A program made the position numbers and the translations under genes. The notes under the pieces were generated by a model. That model searched no databases. It saw only the letters and a program-made list of their open reading frames with translations, and was not told where the DNA came from. A stretch of 64,000 bases of DNA. Origin: a virus. Numbering within the stretch: the stretch's first letter is position 1; the number at the start of each line of letters is the position of its first letter. Location: positions 44,881 to 108,880 of IMG/VR virus record IMGVR_UViG_3300002835_000063; one strand, written 5' to 3'. Positions 48,651 to 58,628 of the stretch are shown here, piece by piece.

Positions 48651-49763
48651 TTAGTACATCTTGATCTGGAGATTTCCAGATGCAAGTTCGACCAGGCTCT
48701 CTACTCCACCCACGGTTTGGGAGGCATAAAGTGTCCAGGTTCCTGGGTCCACCATTCCAAGCGCAGAGTACGCTTTTTCGTAGGGAATAGTGAAATCTAA
48801 TTTTGATTGGGCATAGTTTAAAACAATACTTGAAGAGTCTAGAGTGACTGCTGAAGTCTCTCCATAATTTCTAAGTATTACTTTAGGAGTCCAATCATTG
48901 TTTTGCGGGAAGAAATTGCTTAGATCAACTCCACTACCAGTGGAGGTCCAGCTGATTGAACCATCAAGAGTGGATAGGACTAAGTCAAAATCTCCATCCT
49001 CTACAAGTTTTAGCGGTTTAGGGCTATATCTGCGAGCCCTCGGGGTGTCTACAGAAAATACTTTCGACTTACGGCGAGCATTGTCTGGGTTGACAGTCTT
49101 AAGGAATAAATCAATTTCATAGAGACCAGTGCGAAGCTCGTCAATAAACTCTTGGTTGTCGAGAATAGTGTAGGAGACACCCTGTCGTGAAACAGAAGTT
49201 ACACGCTGCGGTAGTTCGCAAGTATCGTCGCCTGCCCACAAGCGGGCAAACTCGATTGCCAACTTGCGAGCTGCCATTTTTCCTGCAGTTGGAACTGGTA
49301 CTCCATATGCGTATGTAATTTCAATGTTGCAAGGAGTCCAAGGGGTCCCAGCTTTGATGTGCAAAGTTGAGTGATCTACTAGATAGTAGCTAGATGGATC
49401 TAGCACCTGCCCATTTTTATTTCTGAGGGTGTATATCCTAGTTACTGGACGCCCGCGGAGTTTGATTCTCGCGTCTGGGGAGAGGCCATCAGAGACCAGC
49501 TCAGAATATTCGTCATAATCGCCGGACGGAATATTGTATACATCACCACCGAATAGTACAGGACTGTTAGTACGATCGGAAGGCCCCATTCGATTATTTC
49601 TGAGGGTGCAGGTGTAACGCTCGGTGACAATTGTCTCTCCTGTGTATTTACGTCCGGACATGGCCCAGAGCAGGTTGGATGCAACCTGTGCCGCCTCGGC
49701 GGTATATTCGGTGTACGAGTAATCTCCCATTTCCTCGGGGAGAATCCATAGGTTGCTGGTCAT
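48651..49763 (-). CDS. Head-to-tail adaptor
   Basis: AS..LWA.SGR.Y, C.LPQRVTSVSRQGVS, TGL.EIDLFL..VNP. Confidence 0.8.
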   Translation of the reverse strand: MTSNLWILPEEMGDYSYTEYTAEAAQVASNLLWAMSGRKYTGETIVTERYTCTLRNNRMGPSDRTNSPVLFGGDVYNIPSGDYDEYSELVSDGLSPDARIKLRGRPVTRIYTLRNKNGQVLDPSSYYLVDHSTLHIKAGTPWTPCNIEITYAYGVPVPTAGKMAARKLAIEFARLWAGDDTCELPQRVTSVSRQGVSYTILDNQEFIDELRTGLYEIDLFLKTVNPDNARRKSKVFSVDTPRARRYSPKPLKLVEDGDFDLVLSTLDGSISWTSTGSGVDLSNFFPQNNDWTPKVILRNYGETSAVTLDSSSIVLNYAQSKLDFTIPYEKAYSALGMVDPGTWTLYASQTVGGVESLVELASGNLQIKMY

Positions 49764-49785
49764 ATTTTACCTCTTACATAATTTT

Positions 49786-49828
49786 AACGGGTGGTAGCCC
49801 TAGTAAGTTTCTAGAGCCACCACCCGTT
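49786..49828 (-). terminator. Stem-loop downstream of the major tail protein gene
   Basis: aacgggtggt...accacccgtt arms with inner ctag pairing. Confidence 0.65.
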
Positions 49829-49839
49829 CGTTCTAGTGA

Positions 49840-50946
49840 TTAGCTAGGGTTTTCGTCTGAAGCAATAATGTTGTCAATTGCATTGTCAGAGTTGTAGTTC
49901 ATGTTTCCAGGAACGTTGTAGTCAGATCCACCTGCAGGCAAGCTGGTTACAGCTGTGTAGGTTGGGGCCTCGGTTACGCTGTTGACAACAGTCACCTTAG
50001 CACCGCGAGGAACGTTGAAGGAGCTAATGTCACCAGTAACTCCAGAAGCGGTGTAGCTGACGGTGTTTCCAGAGATTGAAGCAACTGAGTAAGTTCCGTT
50101 CAATACTGGGTTAACATTTTCTACCTTGATCTCATCGCCAGCAGCAATGTTTGGGTTGGCGCTAAAGGTTACAGTGGCTAGGGTGTTAGCCAAAGTAGCA
50201 GATGCGCTTACAACGTTAACAGTGCTTGGGTCAGTTGCTGTAGCGGAAGTGAAGTAAACCTGTCCAGTTCCGTCAGTCCAAGTGTAGAACCCGTTTAGAC
50301 CAGTTGGAGCCCAGTCGGATCTTGCATAAGCATATGGACGCTCTGCAGCAACCGGGAACTCCCAACGACCATCTGGACCAGCTTGGAAGCTTGGGTTACC
50401 TAGACCGTAGCCTTCAAAGGTGTTAGCCATTAGGCCGTTTTCGATAACACGATCGCCAGATTGACGCATCTTTACGAATGGGAAAATCCAGTGGAAGTAA
50501 GGCAAAACTGAAGCCTTCTTACCATTCTTGATTGCGTGGGACCATACTTCTAGAGCAACGCCATTTCCAGCAGGGTCATCGCCAACACCAGGAGCTGCCC
50601 AACCGATTGACTTGTTGTCTGGGTTGGCAAGGGTTCCTAGGTTCTTGCGAAGAAGCAGACCACCAGAGATTAGAGCAGAAAGCTCTGGATCTGGCTCACA
50701 AATTGCGAGCTCCATAGTGATACGCTTTAGAGTGTCTGGGGCCTTGTATGTAACACATACAACACCGTTGGCACCCTTTTCAGTGATCTCGTCGCCTTCC
50801 TCATACTCGGGAGTAAACGAAACCCTCATAAACGCGGAAGTGGTGTATGAATCACCAGCTCCGGTCATTAGGTTACCAGCAGCATCTAGGCGGGTGACAC
50901 GGATTGACACACCCTGAATGCTGGCTGCATATTCTTGAGTAGCCAT
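49840..50946 (-). CDS. Major tail protein
   Basis: G..IRVTRLD..G, EYEEGDEITEKGANG..C, FPFV; C-terminal accessory beta domain; AAGGAG RBS. Confidence 0.85.
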   Translation of the reverse strand: MATQEYAASIQGVSIRVTRLDAAGNLMTGAGDSYTTSAFMRVSFTPEYEEGDEITEKGANGVVCVTYKAPDTLKRITMELAICEPDPELSALISGGLLLRKNLGTLANPDNKSIGWAAPGVGDDPAGNGVALEVWSHAIKNGKKASVLPYFHWIFPFVKMRQSGDRVIENGLMANTFEGYGLGNPSFQAGPDGRWEFPVAAERPYAYARSDWAPTGLNGFYTWTDGTGQVYFTSATATDPSTVNVVSASATLANTLATVTFSANPNIAAGDEIKVENVNPVLNGTYSVASISGNTVSYTASGVTGDISSFNVPRGAKVTVVNSVTEAPTYTAVTSLPAGGSDYNVPGNMNYNSDNAIDNIIASDENPS

Positions 50947-50971
50947 CTAGCTATTCTCCTTAGTTTCTTGA

Positions 50972-51847
50972 TTAAGCAGTCAGATCAACTCTGACAGCGA
51001 GGTGGATGGATGTGTCAAAGTAAACCGCAGCTGGGCGGATTGCTTTGAGTCTCATGTCATTTGCGTTTCCCGACACGTCATAAGCCTGGCTTAGATTGTC
51101 GTTTACGACATCGACATTGCCGACGTAAGTTCTGACAAGGCCGGTTGCGTAAATCCATTTGTTGGAGATTGATGCAGTTGCACCAGTTGCTCCATCAGGT
51201 CCTGTACCTGAGTATCCGTTACCGACAACTACTGGAGTACCACCAAAAGTTTGTAGGTGGTCTTTGCCTTTGTTGTGGAAAAGCATGTTTGAGTTGCTCG
51301 AAAGAAGAGCAGCAACGTCGCGAGTCATGTGAATGATACCCTGCTCGCCGAACTGAGAAGCTTCTGCAATGCCCTGCTCCAAAATAGCAAGTGCACGCTT
51401 AGGGGCATAAGCAGTTCCGCTACCAAGAATAGTTGCAGCAGCATCAGAAAGTGCTAGGTTGTCGTGAGACTCTCCCTTACGGATCGCTCCGTCCCAGAGT
51501 TCCTGCTCGATTGCCTTCTGAGAACCAGCTTCAATTTGTCTCGTAAGTCGAGCGATTCGATCAATACCTAAAAATCCTAAAGTAGAGACATCTTCAGTTG
51601 CTTCAATAAAGAAAGGCTTAATCCGATTGTGTCTCTTTGGGGTAGCCCTAGTGCCAACAGCGTCTACAGTGCTGTCGGTGTCGTCCCAGTTTACGAGATT
51701 ACTTACCTCTGTTTCCCACTCCTGGGAAAATCCTCTAATCCAGCGGTCCTCATCAGCTGAGTTCTCTGGCTTGACTACAGCAAGTAGACCAAAGGCGGAG
51801 GGCTCAATTTTTGGAGCCTCTACAACGCCGTTATTTGGAAAAGCCAT
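50972..51847 (-). CDS. Minor capsid/decoration protein downstream of the MCP
   Basis: Start moved to ATG 51847 (MAFPNNG) after AGGA; E..LW.G, G.PVVVG.GY.G, WIYATG motifs. Confidence 0.65.
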   Translation of the reverse strand: MAFPNNGVVEAPKIEPSAFGLLAVVKPENSADEDRWIRGFSQEWETEVSNLVNWDDTDSTVDAVGTRATPKRHNRIKPFFIEATEDVSTLGFLGIDRIARLTRQIEAGSQKAIEQELWDGAIRKGESHDNLALSDAAATILGSGTAYAPKRALAILEQGIAEASQFGEQGIIHMTRDVAALLSSNSNMLFHNKGKDHLQTFGGTPVVVGNGYSGTGPDGATGATASISNKWIYATGLVRTYVGNVDVVNDNLSQAYDVSGNANDMRLKAIRPAAVYFDTSIHLAVRVDLTA

Positions 51848-51875
51848 TTTAATCCTAACTTGAAGTTTTGTTGGG

Positions 51876-51903
51876 TGCCCCCGGGGCCGAAACCCCGGGA
51901 GCA
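51876..51903 (-). terminator. GC-rich hairpin after the major capsid gene
   Basis: Minus strand tgctcccggggt-ttcg-gccccgggggca. Confidence 0.7.
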
Positions 51904-51922
51904 AACCCTATTTAGTTATGGT

Positions 51923-53968
51923 TTAGAGCTCGATAGCAGCTGCAGTTGCGCCACCAGTGGTGTCGCGTAGAGCAGCAGCTACACCGTTGACGTTAACAGT
52001 CTGGGTGATTGCTAGAGACTCGATACCTACCTTGGCGATACCCTCGAAGGTCTCAACGAACATCTTGTAGTCGTTGGTTCCAACTAGTGAGGAGTCGCGG
52101 ATGATACCTAGGTCTAGAGTTCCACCGTCTAGGAACAGGAATGTTCCCTCGGCGAATAGGTACCAGACGAAGCTGTCTGGGAACTCTAGTAGGCCAGTAG
52201 CGCCCTGTGAGCCGAATACAGTTGCATCTGGAGTTGCAACCATGTCAACGTTTAGAGAAGCAAGGTAGCCCTCGATCTCGCTGCGGCTTACATTTAGGGT
52301 GCCATCGCCAGGCATTGCTACAGCCAAGTCAGCTGCCATTGCATCAGCAACCCATGAAGGGATAAATGCCTTCAAGCGGGTGTTGACGTCTAGACGGTGA
52401 CGTGAGCGGTAAGCAGCAGCTGCCTTGCGAACGGTAACTAGGAAGTCACGACCAAAACCTAGAAGGGTTCCGGAAGTGACAGCAGTTGAACCAGCAGAGA
52501 TCTTGCTTAGCAAGTCCTGCTCTGCCTCACGTGCGTGCTGCACTAGAGCTAGCTCGTTGTGGCGAGCAATCAACTCTGGGTAAGCACGGGTCATGAGGTT
52601 ACCGAACTGTAGCTGTAGGGTTACAGCGTCAGTTACAGCAGTCTGCTCTGAAGCAGCTGATACGGTCAGCGAAGTCTTGCTTGCTGGGGATGGGGTCTCT
52701 GCCGAGTCATTCGCTGCGGTCCAAACGCCAACTGCGTTAGCGTAGGTACCAGCTGCAAAGCTTGGAGGAGTTACGAAACGAACACCACCGCGGTCAGCCT
52801 GGAACTTTGGTAGAGCATCGCGCACTGGACGAGCAGTGGTTGAGCCCTGAGCAAAGATGTCGTACTTGACCTCGACTGGGGCTGCGTGTCCACCGGAAGC
52901 AACAAGTGCATCGCGGCCTACAACACCCTCAATCTTAGCGGCATTCTCTAGTGGGTCGGTACCGAGGAAACGGTCCTCTGGGTACTGGGTTGAGAAAGAT
53001 GCAACAATGTGCTGCTCTCCGTCTCCACCATTTACGCGGCGAAGAGAGTGTAGTCTCTTCTCGAATAGCTGAGAAACCTCAGCCATGTCTTTTACTGAGC
53101 TTCCCGCGCTGTAACCAGGGATGTCAGCACCAGCAGTAATTGCTACTGGCACCTCGGTAACCTGAACTACAGGCTGACGGTCGGCTGGTGCCTCGAAAGG
53201 CTGTTCAGCTGCAGCGGTCACTGCCTGCTCCTTCTGCTCTTCTACGAGAGCGGTTGATGTTTCGATAGTTTCTGTTGAAGAAAGCTCTGCGCTTTCCTCG
53301 GTTGTGGTTGATAGTTCAGAACCGTCTTCTTGATCGGTTGATGCTTCTGCGGCTGCCTCGGCTTCAACAACAGTCTCTTCGACTGATGCTTCTGCCTCGA
53401 CTGGAGTCTCTGCAACGGTCTCGGTGCTTGTAGCCTCTACAGTTTCACCTGCTGAGAACTCTGCCTCTACGACCGATGCCTCTGGAGCTGCTTCAGTTAC
53501 AGCTTCAGTAGTTGACTCCTCAGAAGCGGAAGCTGTGATGTTTTCATCTACAGACATTTCTTCCTCTTTCTTTTCTTCTTCGGTTTCTACTTCGGTTGGC
53601 TCTTCAGACTCTGGAGCTTCTACCTCAGGTGCTTCTTCAGCAACTGGAGCTTCTGCTTCAGTTTCTACAGGCTCGTCTTCGGTCATAGCCATTTCCTCTC
53701 CATTGTCGTCTGCTACACCCTTGACACGAGCAGTAGCTTCAGCTGCTTTTGCAGCAAGTTCTGCTGCTAGAGCCTCGCGGCGAGAAAGCTCGCCACGAAC
53801 AATGTCAATGGAATCAGCAAGCGACGTCATAGCATCAACTGACTCGGAAGTTGGGTCTTCAGCTTCAACCGCTTCAAACTGAGTGATGATCTCTGACTGT
53901 AGCTCAGCGAGCTGTTCGTCGCTTAGCTCAGAGATTGCATCTAGCTGAGTTTTAATTTGGTCGTACAC
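51923..53968 (-). CDS. Major capsid protein with N-terminal coiled-coil/acidic scaffold region
   Basis: Acidic E/A/T-rich N-terminal region; LVASGG..AP, RPVRDALP.F.A.RGG, LDGGTLDLGIIRDS.L..TNDY..F.E.FE; AGGAGG RBS. Confidence 0.9.
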   Translation of the reverse strand: MYDQIKTQLDAISELSDEQLAELQSEIITQFEAVEAEDPTSESVDAMTSLADSIDIVRGELSRREALAAELAAKAAEATARVKGVADDNGEEMAMTEDEPVETEAEAPVAEEAPEVEAPESEEPTEVETEEEKKEEEMSVDENITASASEESTTEAVTEAAPEASVVEAEFSAGETVEATSTETVAETPVEAEASVEETVVEAEAAAEASTDQEDGSELSTTTEESAELSSTETIETSTALVEEQKEQAVTAAAEQPFEAPADRQPVVQVTEVPVAITAGADIPGYSAGSSVKDMAEVSQLFEKRLHSLRRVNGGDGEQHIVASFSTQYPEDRFLGTDPLENAAKIEGVVGRDALVASGGHAAPVEVKYDIFAQGSTTARPVRDALPKFQADRGGVRFVTPPSFAAGTYANAVGVWTAANDSAETPSPASKTSLTVSAASEQTAVTDAVTLQLQFGNLMTRAYPELIARHNELALVQHAREAEQDLLSKISAGSTAVTSGTLLGFGRDFLVTVRKAAAAYRSRHRLDVNTRLKAFIPSWVADAMAADLAVAMPGDGTLNVSRSEIEGYLASLNVDMVATPDATVFGSQGATGLLEFPDSFVWYLFAEGTFLFLDGGTLDLGIIRDSSLVGTNDYKMFVETFEGIAKVGIESLAITQTVNVNGVAAALRDTTGGATAAAIEL

Positions 53969-54069
53969 TGTACCTCCTAGGCCAGTTAGTAGTGGACGAA
54001 TTTACGTCCTTTTTCAGTCAAGGCAGAGGGACTAAACACAACGAGGCGCAAGGCGCTCCACCTAGGGAT

Positions 54070-54079
54070 AATTTTACCT
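54070..54079 (-). promoter_or_regulatory. GGTAAAAT -10-like motif upstream of the major capsid gene
   Basis: Minus strand aggtaaaatt. Confidence 0.55.
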
Positions 54080-54085
54080 TATTTT

Positions 54086-57000
54086 TTAGGTAAGGAGTCG
54101 GAGTAGCTTGCTCATCTCAGATTGGATCTCTCCCTGAGAGTAAACATCTGCTCCGGACATGTAAGAGCGCAGGCTTTGGGTAGCAATGTCTGCGTCCTTT
54201 TTACCGATCTTTGCTTCGACTCGGTTGATCATCTGCTCAATGAGATCTTTGAGTCCAACTGGTAGATCGCTAAATCTAAGCTTTGAAGACTCTTTTCCAA
54301 ATGGAAGCGGCAGATTGGCAATAGTCTTGCCGAGCTCAGCCGCGCTCAAACGGACGTTCTCCAAAGATTCTGGGTTCAAGGCTTTAGTATCGATTCTGTC
54401 AATCATATCCAAAAGCTCACTGCTGGCTTTGGCTGATTTTGCATAGTCACCAGCAAAGTCAAGATTTTCTGCTTCTTCGACCTTTTTTAGTGCTTTTGCT
54501 AGTCCAGCTACACCCAAGTCTTGTTTTAGACGAGCCAGAACTTTACGATACTTTCCTTTAGCATCTCTAGGTTGATTTACCCCAGAGATATACTTAGGTC
54601 TGCCATCTTCATCTCTTTCAACTGGCTTTCCCTTGTTAGCTTTTACTTCTTCGGCAGCTTCGATCTCTTCTTCGGTTTGCTTGTCAGCTTCTTCTTTGGC
54701 TTCGCGAAGCTTTTTAAGCTCCTCGTCCGAGATCTCTTCTACTTTTGGGCCGGCAGCCACCACCGCCTTTGCTGCAGCTGTTGCCGACTTTCTCATAGTG
54801 AAAGCTTTTCTTTCTAGCTCTGCCGTAGCCATTTCTTTCCAGTTATCTGGAATTAGTTTTGACTGATTTAGCTGACGAGCACGCTTCATAATGTGCTTGC
54901 GAACTGCACGGCGCTCTGATGCCTTTGATCGACCATAAGCTTGAATTGCATTCTTGAGGTCTTCAACGTTGCGAATTGGGTAGGCACCATCTGGCATTGC
55001 TTTGCCTTCCTTAGCAAGAGCTTCGCGCTCTTCCTGAGAAATGCTTGCCATAGCTGCAAGAGCTGCAGTTAGTGCTGCCTTTTCGCGCATTTTTTCTGCG
55101 CTTGCAGTTAGAGATTGAAGGTTAGCTTCGCGCATTCTCTTCTTTGCATCTTTAACTCTAGACTTTAGGTCTGGAGCAGTTGAAGCAAGCTCTCCTAGCA
55201 TTTTTGCCTTTGTGTTAAGTGAGCATGCAGCACCAGAGCACTTAATCATTGCTAGGTAGCTTGCACCGGCTGCAACTAGAGCTAGAACCTTACCTGAAGC
55301 AATCATTGCCCTGGCGGTAGGGAATCCTGGAACGTTTACTTGGCAGATGGCAACAAGCTCAAGAGATCCATTGATTGGACGCCAGTCACCTGATGGAGCA
55401 GACGCACGTAGTGCACGAATCTGCATTTCTTCTAACTGTGGGCGAAGTGATCCTGCACACCAAATTCCGTACTTGTCTTCGCCAACGTGGATGTCAGCTA
55501 CAGCTGAGGCGGTGTCATCGTAGTGTCTAGCAGCTGAAGCGGCGTCAGCGTTAAGAGGTGCGTGGCCACCAGCAAGAGTTAGTTGACCTACTGGAACATC
55601 GGTTCCTTCCGCAGTGCGAATTACTCCGGTGTGGAAGTAAGCATACTTGCTACGAGAGCGTGGTGGCTTGGTGGCACGTGGCAGACCAATATGGTTCACG
55701 TTCCAAGCAGCGATGTGGCCGTAGACTCGGCCATCCTCGTCCACGGTCAGTGGGGTCGGACCAGCTAGTCCCGGGTCTTTAAACCATTCAGCTGGTGGAG
55801 TCATTGGGATTTCTGACTTCAAAAAGCCCGACGCTACGATCGGCTCAACGTCAGAGAAGTCCTCCAATGATTCCTCATAGATTCCGTCTTCTGGGGTCAC
55901 GTTTTCCTCCTGATCCCCTTCATTTTGCAGCACAATAGAGCATTCTTGGAATGCAGGCTTAGCTACAATTGTAGCAGCCATGATGCGTGCCTTATTTATG
56001 GTAAGTTTGTCCTTACCAATCTCTTCTCCCTCTTCTTCGGCCATATCTTTCTTTGGCTTCTTGTCTTCCTTAGCCTCGAACTGATCTAGGTCCACAGAAA
56101 CGCCACGAAGGAAACCGTTGCGCACTAGTCGCTCTGCTTCTTTTCCGTATGGTCCAGTATCAAATACTCCATAAGCATTTCCCATGCCGTTCTCGAGACG
56201 CTCAACGTAGTCAATACGGCCAACTACAACTGAGCCATCGTGGCCAGCTCCGGTCTTGATTTGCCAAAGCAAAGGGACTGGCAAATCGCGAACGCTGATA
56301 GCGCCCTTCTTAAACTTACGGCCGTCGCCAGATTCTACTTCTTCTGGAACTAGCATTGGAATAGAGAACTTAGCTCCAGATTTAATTGGTGGAGCAGCTG
56401 CAATTAAAGCTACTTTTTGCTTAATTTCTTCATACTTAGCAGAAAGTTCCGCTTTTTCAATCATTGCTTTTGTGAACTGCTCTTCGCTAGTAAAGTTTAG
56501 TCCAGCCGAAGACTTTAGCCCACGCTTGTTGCCAACATTGTATTTGCTGCCGGTATAAACGCCAGTAACTTCCTTGTGACGAAGCTGGCAGTACCCCTTA
56601 GCACGTGGTCCCATGTACTTGGAAAGCTGTCGAACACATCGAGTCCAGTCACCCGGGGTGCCCCAGCGAATTTTGGCTGCACCCTTACCGCGAGTCCAGT
56701 AGCGACGAAGTGCCTCGGCGTTGCCTCGGTTACGGTCCAGACCGCCAGCAGCCAATATTGCATTATTAATATCGCCAGTAGTAGCAAACCAAATTCTCAT
56801 AATGGCAGCAGTAACCGCCTGAGCTTTTGCCTCAAGTCCATCTACCTCAACTAAAACATCATTTAAAACGTTTTTGTCAAGTTGGACAACAGGAGGTGGA
56901 GCAGGAGATTTTAGATCACTTAAAACCTGAGGATCTGGAATCCATTTTTTATCTTGGCGTCTGTATGTAGTTGGCTCTGTGCTTGTTTTTGAGGCAGGAA

Positions 57001-58567
57001 CAATGGCAACTAAATCCATTACAGCCTGGACATCATCCGGAGAAACAATAGCTAAATACTTAGGTGGAACATCAGACTCTTTGGGAGAGTTGATAACATC
57101 AGACTCTTTTTCACCGGCAGCTTTTACAGGTTTGTATGAGTTACGAAGGTCAGCAACATACTTCGGGTAATTATTAATTAAATCGCCAAGATCTTTACTT
57201 GTCATTGGCTTTAAAGTTCCGGGCAGGTGAGCCTTTGGCATATTTCTTGGAGTTCTAGGCTCTCCTAGAATCCCACTGAAATCAATTGGGGCTGTAGTAC
57301 CAGGGGCCATCATTGGACCGTCTACATTTTTTTCGGCTTGGGTATATTCAACCGGAACAGAAATAGTCTTTCCGCTGTCCAAACGAACTTTTACTTTTCC
57401 AGTGGCATAGTCAATTGACTCTAAAACACCAGAACCGCGAGCTCTATCTCCAGCAACTACAGTTCTACTACCAACTTTTACAAACTCGCCGTCTGCATTT
57501 CGTGGTTGTTTACTAGCTTTTTCGGAGAGAAATTCTGGATCTAAATTTCCATCGCCATCTTGGTCAGCGGCAGTGCCAGCAGCAATCATGGGATCGCCAC
57601 CTAAAGCCATAACTCTATCTACTAGTTCCCAGTCTTCTTCTGGAAGACCTAGTTCCGCTAAACGCTGCTCTTCTTCGTCGATCTCTGAAATAGTGATTTT
57701 TGTAGAAGGATCCATAGCTAGTTTTGCAGCAATTAGCATGGCGGAATCGACGTCAATTAGAACGTGAGTGCAGTCTGGAGTTTGATCCTCGTCTAGTTCG
57801 TAATCGTACTTCCAAACATTTGCATCGGCATCGCCCATGTCGTCCCAGATGTTGTCATCCCAAACGTAAGTCTGTCCGTCTGCTTCAATTTTGTAAAGTC
57901 TGTCGATACCCGAGCCGTCCATGTGGACCCGAGCCATAAATTCAGGGCCGTAGCCTTCTTCTAATTCGTAGGCAGCCTTAAAGGAGTCCGCGTATCCAGC
58001 AGCTCTAAGTGATTTTTCTCTTTTATTTTCACGCTCAACAATTGCAGATGCCCAACGCTTAGCTGCATCTCCACCCCAAAGTGCCCAGGCAATTTTTCCA
58101 TTCGATGGGTAGCCATCTTCGCCGGGATCCCAGCCTTTACCCTGCTTATCTACTTCGTGACGAGGGAAATATTTTGCGATATGACGAACTTTTTGAATAC
58201 CGATTTGTCCGCCTCGAGCAAGAGTGCGAGCAGTGTTAAGGCCAACTGAAGTTCCACCGCGCTTGTACTCCTTGCGCCACTCTAAAGCTTTCTTTGCTTC
58301 TCTTTGTACACCCTCGGGGATACTGTACATTCTTCGGCCAGACTCAGCAGCAAACTCCTGGGACTCATAGGTCTCTAGCGCCAGCGAGCAAAGACGCAGC
58401 TGTCCCTCATTCAGGGATTCTTCAGAAGGCTGCCAATCAGAGAAAGACATTAAACCCTGAGGGGAGCCTGAAGCTACAATGAGGTTAATTTCTGTGTTTA
58501 GGACAACAGCATAGCTGTCATTTCCATACAAAGCTAAATTAGCGTTGCGTCCTAGGAGAATATTCAT
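54086..58567 (-). CDS. Large multidomain head-maturation protein containing prohead protease domain(s)
   Basis: SGDGR.F...LP.PL.WQ...GHDG..VVGRID...RGVSVD (HK97-like protease); second SGDWR...VNVPGFP domain; DUF6582-like DGAYPIRNVEDLKNAI; directly upstream of the MCP. Confidence 0.8.
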   Translation of the reverse strand: MNILLGRNANLALYGNDSYAVVLNTEINLIVASGSPQGLMSFSDWQPSEESLNEGQLRLCSLALETYESQEFAAESGRRMYSIPEGVQREAKKALEWRKEYKRGGTSVGLNTARTLARGGQIGIQKVRHIAKYFPRHEVDKQGKGWDPGEDGYPSNGKIAWALWGGDAAKRWASAIVERENKREKSLRAAGYADSFKAAYELEEGYGPEFMARVHMDGSGIDRLYKIEADGQTYVWDDNIWDDMGDADANVWKYDYELDEDQTPDCTHVLIDVDSAMLIAAKLAMDPSTKITISEIDEEEQRLAELGLPEEDWELVDRVMALGGDPMIAAGTAADQDGDGNLDPEFLSEKASKQPRNADGEFVKVGSRTVVAGDRARGSGVLESIDYATGKVKVRLDSGKTISVPVEYTQAEKNVDGPMMAPGTTAPIDFSGILGEPRTPRNMPKAHLPGTLKPMTSKDLGDLINNYPKYVADLRNSYKPVKAAGEKESDVINSPKESDVPPKYLAIVSPDDVQAVMDLVAIVPASKTSTEPTTYRRQDKKWIPDPQVLSDLKSPAPPPVVQLDKNVLNDVLVEVDGLEAKAQAVTAAIMRIWFATTGDINNAILAAGGLDRNRGNAEALRRYWTRGKGAAKIRWGTPGDWTRCVRQLSKYMGPRAKGYCQLRHKEVTGVYTGSKYNVGNKRGLKSSAGLNFTSEEQFTKAMIEKAELSAKYEEIKQKVALIAAAPPIKSGAKFSIPMLVPEEVESGDGRKFKKGAISVRDLPVPLLWQIKTGAGHDGSVVVGRIDYVERLENGMGNAYGVFDTGPYGKEAERLVRNGFLRGVSVDLDQFEAKEDKKPKKDMAEEEGEEIGKDKLTINKARIMAATIVAKPAFQECSIVLQNEGDQEENVTPEDGIYEESLEDFSDVEPIVASGFLKSEIPMTPPAEWFKDPGLAGPTPLTVDEDGRVYGHIAAWNVNHIGLPRATKPPRSRSKYAYFHTGVIRTAEGTDVPVGQLTLAGGHAPLNADAASAARHYDDTASAVADIHVGEDKYGIWCAGSLRPQLEEMQIRALRASAPSGDWRPINGSLELVAICQVNVPGFPTARAMIASGKVLALVAAGASYLAMIKCSGAACSLNTKAKMLGELASTAPDLKSRVKDAKKRMREANLQSLTASAEKMREKAALTAALAAMASISQEEREALAKEGKAMPDGAYPIRNVEDLKNAIQAYGRSKASERRAVRKHIMKRARQLNQSKLIPDNWKEMATAELERKAFTMRKSATAAAKAVVAAGPKVEEISDEELKKLREAKEEADKQTEEEIEAAEEVKANKGKPVERDEDGRPKYISGVNQPRDAKGKYRKVLARLKQDLGVAGLAKALKKVEEAENLDFAGDYAKSAKASSELLDMIDRIDTKALNPESLENVRLSAAELGKTIANLPLPFGKESSKLRFSDLPVGLKDLIEQMINRVEAKIGKKDADIATQSLRSYMSGADVYSQGEIQSEMSKLLRLLT

Positions 58568-58600
58568 TGAGCAGATCCTATTTCAGATAGAGGACGTAAT

Positions 58601-58610
58601 AATTTTACCC
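58601..58610 (-). promoter_or_regulatory. GGTAAAAT -10-like motif upstream of the head-maturation gene
   Basis: Minus strand gggtaaaatt. Confidence 0.55.
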
Positions 58611-58628
58611 TATAAATAAACGATGTGT

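Noticed and set aside
51848-51904. ORF-track N-terminal extension of the 50972 gene
   Set aside because: Runs through the terminator-like hairpin; ATG 51847 has an RBS.
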